This document shows positions 18,458 to 28,935 of a stretch of DNA of 64,000 nt, piece after piece; position 1 is the stretch's first letter, and each line of letters opens with the position of its first letter. A model generated the notes under the pieces. It was not told the DNA's origin and made no database searches. It saw only the letters and a list, made by a program, of their open reading frames with translations. Source of the stretch: Mucilaginibacter sp. (GTDB lineage Bacteria; Bacteroidota; Bacteroidia; Sphingobacteriales; Sphingobacteriaceae); contig DATJJI010000163.1 in assembly GCA_035492275.1 (NCBI GenBank), positions 3,141-67,140 of the forward strand. Direction: 5' to 3'. Both the position numbers and the translations under genes were made by a program.

Positions 18458-19951
18458 CTACGCCGGCATATGTTTCATGGTTTCCTGCAGATCAAGTTCA
18501 AGCCCTTTGGCTATAGCCATCCCCAAGCCTATATCTGCTCTAAACCAGTGGCAAAGCTGTCGGTTAACTATCAGTTCTTTTTTAGGGCCATCTATTCCTT
18601 TCATAGAGTGCGTAATGTTCTTGATCAGGTCCTGCTTTTGCTCTTCGTTCATTAAGCGGTACAGGTTGCCCGGCTGGGTATAATGATCGTTTTCGCCTTC
18701 GGCGTTACGGTCGTACCAGTCGCCTATTGATGAACCAAAATCCCAGGCAGGTTCCTTATACGCCGGATCGGCCTCAATATCGTCGAAACTGTTCGGGAAA
18801 TAGTTAGGCGCCGATCCCTGGTTACCGTCTACGCGCATGTGCCCATCACGCTCATAATTATTCACCATAAACGGGCATTTGTTTACCGGGATCTGTTCAT
18901 AATTGCCGCCTAATCGGTAACGATGCGCGTCAGGGTATGACAACAACCTTCCCTGCAACATTTTATCGGGCGAGTAACCTATGCCATCAACCACGTGCGC
19001 GGGTGCAAAAGCAGCCTGCTCAACGTGTGCAAAATAATTGTCCGGGTTTTCATTCAGCTCCAGTTCGCCCACATCAATCAACGGATAATCAGCATGTGGC
19101 CAAACCTTGGTCAGGTCGAATGGATTGATATGATACGTTTTAGCATCCGCCTCAGGCATCACTTGTATTTTCATGGCCCATTTCGGGAAGTCACCGTTAT
19201 CAATAGCGGTTAGCAGGTCATGTTGGGCAAAGTCTGGATTTTGTCCGCGCATAGCGCCGGCTTCTTCGTCTGTAAAATTCTTTATTCCCTGCAATGTTTT
19301 AAAGTGAAACTTTACCCAAAAACGCTCATTTTTACTGTTGATAAGGGAGAATGTGTGGCTGCCAAAACCATCCATGTGGCGGTAGCCGTAAGGCGTGCCA
19401 CGGTCTGACATCAAGATAGTAACCTGGTGCAAACTCTCGGGATTCAACGACCAAAAATCCCACATCATGGTGGCGCTTTTGCAATTGGTATACGGGTCGC
19501 GTTTTTGTGTGTGGATAAAGTCGCTGAACTTTTTAGGGTCTTTCACAAAAAACACCGGGGTGTTATTGCCTACCAGGTCCCAGTTGCCTTCTTCGGTATA
19601 AAATTTAATGGCAAAGCCACGCGGGTCACGCTCGGTATCTGCCGATCCTTTTTCGCCGCCAACGGTTGAAAAGCGAAGGAATAACTTTGTTTTTTTGCCT
19701 ATCTGGTTAAATATTTTAGCGCGGGTATATTGCGATATATCATGAGTAACGGTCAAGGTACCATACGCGCCCGAACCCTTTGCGTGGACTACCCGCTCGG
19801 GTATACGCTCCCGGTTAAAGTGGGCCATTTTTTCGTGTAAAATAAAATCCTGCAGCAAAATTGGTCCCCGTGGACCAGCCGTCATCGAATTTTCGTTTTC
19901 TACATACGGGATGCCTGACGCGGTGGTCAGCTTTTTCTTCGGAGTTTCCAT
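18458..19951 (-). CDS. katA: Monofunctional heme catalase (small subunit)
   Basis: [32 protein letters not shown]. Confidence 0.97.
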   Translation of the reverse strand: METPKKKLTTASGIPYVENENSMTAGPRGPILLQDFILHEKMAHFNRERIPERVVHAKGSGAYGTLTVTHDISQYTRAKIFNQIGKKTKLFLRFSTVGGEKGSADTERDPRGFAIKFYTEEGNWDLVGNNTPVFFVKDPKKFSDFIHTQKRDPYTNCKSATMMWDFWSLNPESLHQVTILMSDRGTPYGYRHMDGFGSHTFSLINSKNERFWVKFHFKTLQGIKNFTDEEAGAMRGQNPDFAQHDLLTAIDNGDFPKWAMKIQVMPEADAKTYHINPFDLTKVWPHADYPLIDVGELELNENPDNYFAHVEQAAFAPAHVVDGIGYSPDKMLQGRLLSYPDAHRYRLGGNYEQIPVNKCPFMVNNYERDGHMRVDGNQGSAPNYFPNSFDDIEADPAYKEPAWDFGSSIGDWYDRNAEGENDHYTQPGNLYRLMNEEQKQDLIKNITHSMKGIDGPKKELIVNRQLCHWFRADIGLGMAIAKGLELDLQETMKHMPA

Positions 19952-19998
19952 AGTTTTCGGTTTTAATTATATACGTCAAACTTGGTGATAATATTTTA

Positions 19999-20043
19999 AT
20001 AGAAAAAATCAATAATTATTATATTTGTATAGATTTAATCTAT
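19999..20043. promoter_or_regulatory. OxyR operator overlapping the divergent katA/oxyR promoters
   Basis: ATAG-N7-CAAT (19999-20013) and ATAG-N7-CTAT (20029-20043) flank the -7 box TATATTTG (20020-20027). Confidence 0.75.
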
Positions 20044-20047
20044 ATAT

Positions 20048-20983
20048 ATGACCATTGTTCAACTGGAATATCTGATAGCTGTTGATACTTATCGCAGCTT
20101 TGTAGCCGCTGCCGAAAAATGCTTTGTTACCCAACCTACGCTAAGCATGCAGATACAAAAGCTGGAAGATACGCTTGGCGTAAAGCTTTTTGACCGCAGT
20201 AAACAGCCCGTTACCCCTACCGAGATCGGCATTGAAATTATTCAGCAGGCCCGTATTATGCTGGCCGAGAGTGAAAAGATCAAAGAGATCGTATCCGACA
20301 GGCAAAAGGAATTATCGGGCGAGTTAAAAGTAGGTATTATCCCCACCGTATCGCCTTACATTTTGCCCAAGATACTGCATGGTTTTATAGAAAAATATCC
20401 GCAGGTAAAGCTCATCGTGTGGGAACAAACTACCGAGCAGATCATTCAGCAATTAAAACTGGGCACTATTGATTGCGGCCTGCTGTCGACCCCGCTGCAT
20501 GAAAGCAGCCTAATCGAAATCCCTGTTTTTTATGAAAACTTTGTGGCCTATGTATCAAAAAACAGCAAGCTATCTAAAAAGAAAAACATCAGCCCGGATG
20601 ATATTGATATGGAGGAAATATGGGTGCTTAACGAGGGCCATTGCATGCGCGAGCAGGTTTTAAATATTTGCCAGCGCCGTAAATCAACGCAGGGATTTCA
20701 GCATTTTGAATATAATACCGGCAGTGTTGAAACGCTGAAACGAATGGTCGACCAAAATAATGGCGCTACCATTTTACCCGAGCTGGCCCTTGCCGAGTTG
20801 ACCGATAAACAACTGGATAAAGTCCGCCATTTTAAATCGCCCGAACCCGCGCGCGAAGTAAGCCTGGTTATTCAACGTAATTACCTGAAGCGCCGAATGA
20901 TAGAGGCGCTGAAAAATGAGATCCTGGAGTTTGTGCCAAAACGAATGAAGAACAAGAAGAAAAAAGAGGTAATGGAATTTTGA
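20048..20983 (+). CDS. oxyR: Hydrogen peroxide-inducible LysR-family regulator OxyR
   Basis: LysR HTH (AAEKCFVTQPTLS), redox motif EGHCMREQVLNIC; divergent from catalase. Confidence 0.93.
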   Translation: MTIVQLEYLIAVDTYRSFVAAAEKCFVTQPTLSMQIQKLEDTLGVKLFDRSKQPVTPTEIGIEIIQQARIMLAESEKIKEIVSDRQKELSGELKVGIIPTVSPYILPKILHGFIEKYPQVKLIVWEQTTEQIIQQLKLGTIDCGLLSTPLHESSLIEIPVFYENFVAYVSKNSKLSKKKNISPDDIDMEEIWVLNEGHCMREQVLNICQRRKSTQGFQHFEYNTGSVETLKRMVDQNNGATILPELALAELTDKQLDKVRHFKSPEPAREVSLVIQRNYLKRRMIEALKNEILEFVPKRMKNKKKKEVMEF

Positions 20984-21058
20984 CTATGATTTTTAGGATT
21001 AGTGGATCGCTCCCCGTTAATTAAATCATATAATCCCTTAATCCTAAAAATCATAGTC
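20982..21058. repeat. 20-bp perfect inverted repeat between convergent genes
   Basis: GACTATGATTTTTAGGATTA (20982-21001) and TAATCCTAAAAATCATAGTC (21039-21058). Confidence 0.8.
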
Positions 21059-21062
21059 CGGC

Positions 21063-22442
21063 TTACATACTCATCATCATTTTTTTCATCATAGACGGGC
21101 TAACGCGTATATAAACTTCAAACCCAATAGGCGCAGCGCCATACAAGCCCTTAACCGCAGAAGGCGACACATTTAGCGTAGCTTGTACGCCTCCTGTCAG
21201 ATTAGTGTTTTTTACCGTGCTTAGTATATAGCTTGTACCCAGCGTTACCGCGTTAATATTCAGGAAAGGGTCCTGCGGTAGAGTGGCCAACATATCCAGT
21301 TCTTCCGCGTCTTTTTGCACAAATTCGTAGCGGCCATAAACGGCTGCCCTGTGCATTTGCCATGTGGTTTCCAATAGTACCGATGGTTCGGTTTTTTTAT
21401 TGTCAGAGTAATGATTTTGCCCGTACACCAAAGTGGTGGCTATATAACCATCATCGCCAATTGTTTTGGTATGCATGGCCGATGCGGTGAACCGGTCAAC
21501 GTTTTGCTGCGGTTCGGCAACTTCGGGGCTGTGCAGCCAGCCGTTCGACACCTGCAGCGCCCACTCTTTTGAAGGATTATATGACAGGCGCAATGAATAC
21601 GAATCTAAATGAACAGCATCAAAATTATAGCGGAACTCGTCAGGTTCTCGGCCGGTAAAGGTGGAGCCTTCCAGCTTAAGATCTTTGTACCTGAAGCCCA
21701 ACGTAGCTACGCCAAAGGTAATATGGGTGGCATCCTGGTAATGGTGCCCCAGCGGCGCGTCAGGATCATTCATAGCCGACAAGCGGTGCATAAACACAGG
21801 CGGACCAAGCGCGGGCTCGCCGGGATAACCGAATGATACAGAAACATCCGCATCTTTAGCTACACGTTGCGTATAACCCACGCTCAGCTCGGCAAACAGA
21901 TCGTGCGGGTGCTGTTTATCAACCAGCTTTTGGCCCCGGTACGATTCGCCGGTTTGGTATAGCAGCGGGTACCCGGCCGCGCCAACGGTGAACGGATCGA
22001 AAGAAAACATGGTATTAATAGCAAACAAACCATTGGTGCCTACTTTGGTTTGGGTCATGGCCATGATCATGTTGGGTGCATCAAACTTTTGCCCGCCGCG
22101 GGTGCCCGATTTAAAAAGGTCCTGGTTATTGTAGCGGGCAAAGAAATTGCCATGTATCATGGTCATCCATTTTTTGCCATGTATCATGTAGGCATAAGTA
22201 GGCGAGGCATCAGGAACCCATGATGTACCTGAACCATCGCGGCTCATAGGCACATCGAGCGAATATTGGCTGTTCATATCCATGGACATGTCCATCATAT
22301 CCATATCGTCCATTTCCACGCCGTTCATGTGATGCGTATGACTTTTAGGTTTTGCGGTTGTATCTGTTTGGGTTTGCCGGGCAAACGCGGGTATAGTTAA
22401 AGCTACGCAAGCGGCAGCTATCAGTATTTTTAAGGGATTCAT
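21063..22442 (-). CDS. Putative outer-membrane protein with a His/Met-rich N-terminus (probable metal binding)
   Basis: Signal peptide, SHTHHMNGVEMDDMDMMDMSMDM, GSGTSWVP, DKQHPHDLFAELS, LGHHYQDATHI, Met-rich C-terminus. Confidence 0.75.
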   Translation of the reverse strand: MNPLKILIAAACVALTIPAFARQTQTDTTAKPKSHTHHMNGVEMDDMDMMDMSMDMNSQYSLDVPMSRDGSGTSWVPDASPTYAYMIHGKKWMTMIHGNFFARYNNQDLFKSGTRGGQKFDAPNMIMAMTQTKVGTNGLFAINTMFSFDPFTVGAAGYPLLYQTGESYRGQKLVDKQHPHDLFAELSVGYTQRVAKDADVSVSFGYPGEPALGPPVFMHRLSAMNDPDAPLGHHYQDATHITFGVATLGFRYKDLKLEGSTFTGREPDEFRYNFDAVHLDSYSLRLSYNPSKEWALQVSNGWLHSPEVAEPQQNVDRFTASAMHTKTIGDDGYIATTLVYGQNHYSDNKKTEPSVLLETTWQMHRAAVYGRYEFVQKDAEELDMLATLPQDPFLNINAVTLGTSYILSTVKNTNLTGGVQATLNVSPSAVKGLYGAAPIGFEVYIRVSPSMMKKMMMSM

Positions 22443-22518
22443 AGCTCATCAAAAATTAATCGTAAAAAATAAACACGCGGTAATATTAACCACGGCAACG
22501 CAACGATTGGATGATGAA

Positions 22519-22902
22519 TTAAATACGGAGTGTCCGGTTTTTTATAACCGGGTCAGTTTTGGCAGGAGGGGGGGATGCCGGCTGATCAGACAGTTTTTCT
22601 AATAAAGCCTGTTGTGCCGAAAAAAAGAAATCGCTAAAAGGTATTTTTGGTATTTCAATACCGAAAAGCTGGAAATTGGTGCTTGTAGTTTCAGCCTGGT
22701 GCGAGTCTTTTACTTTAACATCAATTTCTTTTTCTTTGCAGCATTTCATTTTTTTTGCTGCGGATGGCTGGCAGGTTTTAACCGGTGCATTAACTTTTAC
22801 GCCGGCTAATACGGTACCACAATAATGAAGATTAAGCACAAAGCCCAGTACTGTAACGATGTACAGTTTGGTTAAAAACATTGCGCTTATTTTCTTGATC
22901 AT
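22519..22902 (-). CDS. HYC_CC_PP family protein
   Basis: Hydrophobic N-terminus, LHYCG, KCCK, SPPP, C-terminal ...TLRI. Confidence 0.85.
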   Translation of the reverse strand: MIKKISAMFLTKLYIVTVLGFVLNLHYCGTVLAGVKVNAPVKTCQPSAAKKMKCCKEKEIDVKVKDSHQAETTSTNFQLFGIEIPKIPFSDFFFSAQQALLEKLSDQPASPPPAKTDPVIKNRTLRI

Positions 22903-22994
22903 AACACAAAGCTAATTTAAACATTTTACAAAACAAAGCCCCGGCGTAATGCCGGAGCCAAAAAAACTATATAGATGTTAAATTATTAGCTAAA

Positions 22995-23663
22995 TCACTG
23001 TCCCTGACCGGCTTGTTTCTTCATTTGGTCGTTAGCTACAATGGCTATTTCAACGCGGCGGTTTTGCGTGCGGCCATCAACGGTAGCGTTGTCGGCAATA
23101 GGTTCTGTAGCGCCTTTTCCCTGGGTGCTTAACCTCGAGGCGCTCACATTATTTGAAATGATGTATGATTTTACCGCCTCGGCGCGCTCAACCGAAAGGT
23201 CCTGGTTATGCGAGGCTGTGCCGGTATTATCGGTATGGCCCACGATCAGGATATTGGTTTCGGGATTTTTTTGCAGGGATATGGCCAGATTTTGTAAGTT
23301 GGTTTGAGCCGCCGGCTTTACTTCCGATTTATCGGTATCAAACAAAATACCCGAGTCAAACTTCACAATAATGCCTTCACCCTGCCTTACCACCGTAGCG
23401 CCGGGAATGCTTTGCTTTAATTCGGCTGCCTGTTTATCCATTTTATGGCCGATGAAAGCACCTGCAGTACCGCCAACCGCACCGCCTATTATAGCGCCCA
23501 AGGCCGTATTGCCCGCGCTATGCCCAATAAACGCGCCAATGGTACCACCGGCACCCGCACCAATGGCAGCGCCTTTTTGTGTTTTGGTAAGCGAGTGGCA
23601 GCTGGTACCTGCAATACATACCGCTAATCCTAAAATCGCTATCTTATTTTTTATCGTTTTCAT
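22995..23663 (-). CDS. OmpA-family lipoprotein with glycine zipper
   Basis: Lipobox GTSC, GAAIGAGAGG zipper, GHTDNTG, NRRVEI. Confidence 0.93.
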   Translation of the reverse strand: MKTIKNKIAILGLAVCIAGTSCHSLTKTQKGAAIGAGAGGTIGAFIGHSAGNTALGAIIGGAVGGTAGAFIGHKMDKQAAELKQSIPGATVVRQGEGIIVKFDSGILFDTDKSEVKPAAQTNLQNLAISLQKNPETNILIVGHTDNTGTASHNQDLSVERAEAVKSYIISNNVSASRLSTQGKGATEPIADNATVDGRTQNRRVEIAIVANDQMKKQAGQGQ

Positions 23664-23823
23664 AACTATTATATACTCATATTATAATAAGTAAGGCAAA
23701 GTAAGTGCCAGCTATGCTGTGCCATAAAAACACGCCAAACAACAACTATGGCAACATTTTTTTAATACAGGATAAAAGCTTTTTCGCTTATTGAATATAT
23801 AGCGACAGGCTATTGGCTTATAT

Positions 23824-25143
23824 TTAGTACAATCCGGGTTTGCGCCAGCGGATGATCTGCCAAACAACTTCAGCGCTGCATAGCGTTAAAATAGCGAACA
23901 CAGCCGGTTTTATGGTTTCTTCGGATGAGGAAAATGCGCCACCTAATGCAACAAAATAAACTGATAACGGCAATATTAATAATAGGCAAAGCCCGGTAAT
24001 CCCGAATGGGATTTTAAACGGGCGATGCGTATCTGGTTCGGTAATGCGGAGCTTGATCAACGAGATATATTCCAGCGATAAGCCCGCGCCGTAAACGGTA
24101 ACATCAATGATCAACAGGTCAGCAAAGGTCCATAATATCATCAGGCTTACTATTACCGAGCAAATAATAATGGAGATATAGGGTGTTTGAAAGCGTGAAT
24201 GCAGACGGTTCAGATGATCAGGCAGTAAACTATCTTCAGACATTACCTGCGGCACCCGCGATACGGATAGCAGTACTGCCGCGTAAATACCTAATGTGCT
24301 TGCCATGCCGCCTAATGCCAGCAATGCGCCCAGCCAATGCCCGCCAATTAATTCGCCAAGGGCCGGAAAACCTTTGTCTGTAAATACATTGGCATTTATT
24401 CCTGATAATTGAGCGACCCGGATCGCCAAAAAATAAATGACGATAACCAGCGCGAACGCTGCAAACATAGATACCAGGTAAGAGCGGATAGGCTTTTCAA
24501 CTTCCTCCGCATAAGTAGTGGTGTTATCCCAACCCAGGCAGTTCCACATTACGGTATACAGAGCCATGCCTAATGATGGAAAAGCCACATCTTTTAACGA
24601 CGGCGCCGGAATAAACAGCACCCCGCTATGGTGATAAAATGCAAGCCCAAAAAGGATAATAAACGGGGTAAGTACGGCCGCTCCCAAAATGAGCGATACC
24701 CGCCCTACCGGTACAATGCCTAATATATTTAAGCCGGCCGATGCCCATATTATAACCAGGCAAACCGGCACTTTATAAGCCGCGAGCTCCGGGAAAAAGA
24801 AAGATGCGTATTGAACAAACAGAACCGGGTAAATTGCCAGGTCGACAAAGGTGTAAAGCCAGGTCCACCAACCTTCATAAAAACCCCAGCGGGTGCCTAA
24901 AGCATATTTTACCCACTTATAATAACCGCCGGTTACAGGCATCATGCTGTTGAGTTCCAATACGGTAAATATAGCGGGGACATCCCACAATAATGGGGTG
25001 ATAAGCAGCACCAGTAAAGCGCCATGCTGCCCGGCATAGCTCAACAATGGCTCCAGCCCGTAAGGCCCTCCCGAAACGGTAAAAAAGATGACAGCGATAA
25101 GCTGTAGAGGTCTGATCTTTTTTAAATAGGGTTTCGTTGGCAT
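23824..25143 (-). CDS. APC-family amino acid/polyamine permease
   Basis: FFTVSGGPYGLE, GGYYKWV, WN.LGWD, AEEVEKP; about 12 hydrophobic segments. Confidence 0.9.
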   Translation of the reverse strand: MPTKPYLKKIRPLQLIAVIFFTVSGGPYGLEPLLSYAGQHGALLVLLITPLLWDVPAIFTVLELNSMMPVTGGYYKWVKYALGTRWGFYEGWWTWLYTFVDLAIYPVLFVQYASFFFPELAAYKVPVCLVIIWASAGLNILGIVPVGRVSLILGAAVLTPFIILFGLAFYHHSGVLFIPAPSLKDVAFPSLGMALYTVMWNCLGWDNTTTYAEEVEKPIRSYLVSMFAAFALVIVIYFLAIRVAQLSGINANVFTDKGFPALGELIGGHWLGALLALGGMASTLGIYAAVLLSVSRVPQVMSEDSLLPDHLNRLHSRFQTPYISIIICSVIVSLMILWTFADLLIIDVTVYGAGLSLEYISLIKLRITEPDTHRPFKIPFGITGLCLLLILPLSVYFVALGGAFSSSEETIKPAVFAILTLCSAEVVWQIIRWRKPGLY

Positions 25144-25204
25144 AAGGCATAAAAATATTGTTTTAGGTGCAATTATCCATCATTGCATCTAAAACAATAT
25201 AGCC

Positions 25205-26575
25205 TTATTGAAAAGAGGTGGGCTCTGTTGATGTATACGGTATAGTTCCTTTTATCATTTTACCGCCATCGTTCACCAGCCTCAAATAAAAGTCGGACGA
25301 TACGTGGGTGCCATCGGCATCCAGCGTTAAAAAATATTGCCCGGCCGGTATCATCGACGCGTCCTCAGCGCATTTAAATATCGATGTCGCTTCGTTCAGC
25401 TCATCAAACATGGCCACATACACGCTTCGTACACCCACGTTTTTAAACGTAGCAAACTGCGACCATAAAAAATTACCATGATCGCGCGGGAATTGATTTT
25501 TGGCCGATTTTGGCCCGTTTGTGTTATAGAATGCCGTTCCGGGATAGGCGCATGGCTGATAATCGATACCGTTGGCTGTACAAAAATCATTATCGCCAAC
25601 AACCCATGGTGTATAGTTTCCGTCTACGGCTCTACCCACGGCCCAGCCCGATATCATGTTAAATGCTTTATAGGTATCAGTAAATCCGGCTTGCGAGTCG
25701 CCCGTGCCTGTGCGCCATTGTCCCGGCACCGAACCAATTACATAACATCCCTGGTTTTTAAACCAGTTGATCAGATCAAGCGCCTGCGCCGGAGTTGAAG
25801 GGTGGCTGGCATATCCTAAGCCGTATATAGATACTACAGGCTTGCCATTTTGCTTAGCATAAGCACTTGAGGTTAATAAATTCAGGCTACCGGTTATCGT
25901 GTTGGTCCAGTCGGTCTTTATAGCATCAAGGTTTCCCCAGCCGGAGGCATCGTACATGATATAAAATTTCACGTTATTGTTCTGCGCCGCGCTTTGTACG
26001 CGCATGGCAATGCCATCTCGAAAGGCTTTAATGCTGCTGCCTGGTGTAATTTCATTGCAGAAACGTTGCAGTGCCGCGCAATCAATGCCGTATTGCTGCA
26101 TCCATTTAAAATGCAGGTCAACGGTCGACTGGTCCCAGGCAGAGTACATTTTTGCCGGCTGCCCGTTACCTAAATTTCCGGTAAAACCGGGCTGCGATAC
26201 ACCCGCCTGGTTAAAATTACTGCCCGAGTAGGTTTTAGTGTATTCGCGCGTATCGGGCCACATTTCCAGGTTTTGATGCCCCCATTTATTTTCGGGCGAC
26301 CCATCGCCGGCGGCGGTGAACCATCCCTGGTAGCCTACAACAATCTTACCTACCACATCGCCCACAGGCGATTGCGGAGGTGTTACCGGCGGCGTCACCG
26401 GCTGTGTAGGCGGGTCTACAACAGGCGGCGGTGTGCTTTCTGATTTTTTTGAACAGCCCGAGGCAAAAATGCTAAGAGCAATTAAGGTTGCCGCGCCTAT
26501 AGTTTTTACGGGCTGCAATCGATTGGAAGAATGGCGCTTAGCGCGCACCTGTTCCATGAAATTCATAGAAGTCAT
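25205..26575 (-). CDS. Glycoside hydrolase family 71/99-like lipoprotein
   Basis: Lipobox ASGC, Pro-rich linker, VGYQGWF, HFKWMQQYGID..ALQRF, YVAMFDELNEAT. Start codon uncertain. Confidence 0.8.
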   Translation of the reverse strand: MTSMNFMEQVRAKRHSSNRLQPVKTIGAATLIALSIFASGCSKKSESTPPPVVDPPTQPVTPPVTPPQSPVGDVVGKIVVGYQGWFTAAGDGSPENKWGHQNLEMWPDTREYTKTYSGSNFNQAGVSQPGFTGNLGNGQPAKMYSAWDQSTVDLHFKWMQQYGIDCAALQRFCNEITPGSSIKAFRDGIAMRVQSAAQNNNVKFYIMYDASGWGNLDAIKTDWTNTITGSLNLLTSSAYAKQNGKPVVSIYGLGYASHPSTPAQALDLINWFKNQGCYVIGSVPGQWRTGTGDSQAGFTDTYKAFNMISGWAVGRAVDGNYTPWVVGDNDFCTANGIDYQPCAYPGTAFYNTNGPKSAKNQFPRDHGNFLWSQFATFKNVGVRSVYVAMFDELNEATSIFKCAEDASMIPAGQYFLTLDADGTHVSSDFYLRLVNDGGKMIKGTIPYTSTEPTSFQ

Positions 26576-27027
26576 AAATAGTATTTTAGGGTTGATGTAT
26601 CGGGCAAATTGGTAAAGCCCTTGTTTATAATTACGCAATATTAACAAAAAACTTTATAAGGATAACTTTCTATCGGTCTGCTTTGTTTCAAAATTTGCCC
26701 GTCAGGCAAAAACAGGCTTAACTTTTAGTTGATGATTTGCTCTAAATCGAGTTGCTTAATGACAGTCGATCCAACAAGTTATTAACAATTATTAACAACT
26801 TTTGTTAATAACCTAAACTACTAACTTATTGATTAAAAATAACTTATTTTATGATTTTTTCTGACGGGACTATCCGGCACCCAAAATTGGTGATTAAAAC
26901 CGGCGTCATTGTTTAAAATACTTTTTGGGAGCAAATACTTTTCTAAGAAATTTTTTAACCTATGTAACACTTATACAGAAGATTACGTAAAAAGCCGTAC
27001 TTGTTAATATTGACAAAACGGTAAAGA

Positions 27028-28161
27028 ATGCGAGCGCTAAGATCTTCCCCTAAAACACTGACCATTTGCGGCTTTATGCTGCTTGGTTTGTCTTGCCTTT
27101 CATTTACCGGCAAGCCCGACCCAAAAAAACATTTTAGTTTATTCGGTTTCTTCGCCCTTCCATCTGTAGATACAACAGTGGTTGCCTGCGGTACAAGCAT
27201 TGTGTTAAACACGGTTCCGGTGGCTGGTTATAACAACCCGGTATGGAGCACCGGTGCAACCGGCAATTCAATTACCGTTACATCGCCCGGCGATTATTCG
27301 TGGTACACTACCGGGGCTACCGTAGTAACCAACGGGGATTTCTCTGCATCAATCAGTACCCCGGCTTCGCGCGGGTTTACCAGCGATTATACTTACCTGG
27401 ATACATCAAGCCCCAATGGTGGCTGCTGCGGTATATTAAGCGCAGAGGGTACTTATGTGGTTGGTAAAAACCCACACACCTATCATACCAATTTCGATTC
27501 ATTCGGCGACCATACAACCGGAACCGGTAGAATGCTGATCGTAAATGGCGCGTCGGTGCCCAATGTAACCGTATGGGCACAAACCATCACGGTTATGCCG
27601 AATACCGACTATATCTTTTCGGTTTGGGCTACTTCAGTTAACCCCGTAAGCCCGGCCATATTATCGTTTTCAATTAACGGCACCCAGCAAATCGGCACGG
27701 TTAATCTTTCGCCAACGCTGTCAGATGGCACATGGCAATATTTTACCACCGTATGGAATTCGGGCACTACCAGCGGAGCCGTACCTATCGCGTTGGTAAA
27801 CCAAAATACAGCGGCAAACGGTAACGACTTCGCGGTTGATGACATTGTGTTTGCACCCATTGTGAAGCAAAACATTCATGTGTCATTTAACCCGCTACCT
27901 ATCCTGGCATTGAACGGCCCGCATGAAACTTGCGGAACCTATGACCTGACACAGGCTATTGTTGGCTATGACCCAACTAACTATATCTATTTTTTTAAAG
28001 ACAGCAGCGGCACTATTGTAACCAGCCCGCAGGCTATAACACATAGCGGTGTTTATACCATCACCGAGCAAAGTAAAGCAACCGGCTGCACATCGCTGCC
28101 GCAACAAACAACGATCACAATCGACCCTAATCCGGCTAAACCTAACATCACATCTTTATAA
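27028..28161 (+). CDS. Secreted Ig-like protein with an inserted carbohydrate-binding-type domain; no T9SS CTD
   Basis: Signal peptide, WSTGATGNSITV.SPG.Y, NGDF...DHT.GTGRMLIVNG...NDFAVDDIVF, second Ig-like repeat; ends PNPAKPNITSL. Confidence 0.75.
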   Translation: MRALRSSPKTLTICGFMLLGLSCLSFTGKPDPKKHFSLFGFFALPSVDTTVVACGTSIVLNTVPVAGYNNPVWSTGATGNSITVTSPGDYSWYTTGATVVTNGDFSASISTPASRGFTSDYTYLDTSSPNGGCCGILSAEGTYVVGKNPHTYHTNFDSFGDHTTGTGRMLIVNGASVPNVTVWAQTITVMPNTDYIFSVWATSVNPVSPAILSFSINGTQQIGTVNLSPTLSDGTWQYFTTVWNSGTTSGAVPIALVNQNTAANGNDFAVDDIVFAPIVKQNIHVSFNPLPILALNGPHETCGTYDLTQAIVGYDPTNYIYFFKDSSGTIVTSPQAITHSGVYTITEQSKATGCTSLPQQTTITIDPNPAKPNITSL

Positions 28162-28207
28162 ATTATGTAACAGCAAAGACTATCAAACAAAAAATTATCA
28201 AACAAAC

Positions 28208-28891
28208 ATGAAAAGCAAATTATTTACTCCGATTCTGATCTTACTGATGGCCTTCACTACAGGAGCCGCGTTTGCCCAGGTTACAGCAGGCCCAAGCGAT
28301 GCCACCACAGCGCCGCCGGCTACAACTGCGGGCGCTGACAAGATCTTATGTTCTGGCTCAACCATCACCTTAACCGGCCCGCAGGATGCCGGAGGTGTTG
28401 ATTATACCAAATACCACTGGTATAAAATTGACGCGGGCGGTAACAAGCAGGAGGCGACCACAACAGGCCGCACCTATACCGAAACCGCTACTACAGCAGG
28501 TTATTATAATTATCAGGTGGTTACCGAGAATGCGACAGGCTGTACCTCGCCAATATCTGATGTGTATAAAATATTTGTATTGCCGCCATTAACAGTTTCT
28601 ATAACTACGCCAACCAGCACTATGTGCGCTATGGCTACCAATAGCAGTCTGTTAACGGCTAACGTAACTCCTTCAACAGGCTATACGTTCAATTATCAGT
28701 GGACAAGGAATGGTGTAGCCATACCGGGTGCAACATCAAGTACATACGATGTAACCGGCGAAACTACAGCAGGAACAGTAACCTTTGGCGTAAATGTGAG
28801 CTATACCCTTAACTCAACATGCCCGGCTTCGGCGACTAAAGATCTTATCCTGACCCCAATACCGGGCAAACCAATGATAACAGCTAATTAA
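28208..28891 (+). CDS. Secreted protein with two Ig-like repeats; no T9SS CTD
   Basis: ATG at 28208, signal peptide MKSKLF...AFAQ, LCSGSTITL..Y.W, YQWTRNG.AIPGATSSTY; ends PIPGKPMITAN. Confidence 0.8.
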   Translation: MKSKLFTPILILLMAFTTGAAFAQVTAGPSDATTAPPATTAGADKILCSGSTITLTGPQDAGGVDYTKYHWYKIDAGGNKQEATTTGRTYTETATTAGYYNYQVVTENATGCTSPISDVYKIFVLPPLTVSITTPTSTMCAMATNSSLLTANVTPSTGYTFNYQWTRNGVAIPGATSSTYDVTGETTAGTVTFGVNVSYTLNSTCPASATKDLILTPIPGKPMITAN

Positions 28892-28935
28892 TTGAATTTG
28901 AAACGCACTAAAAAGCAACCGCAGGAAAACGCTAA

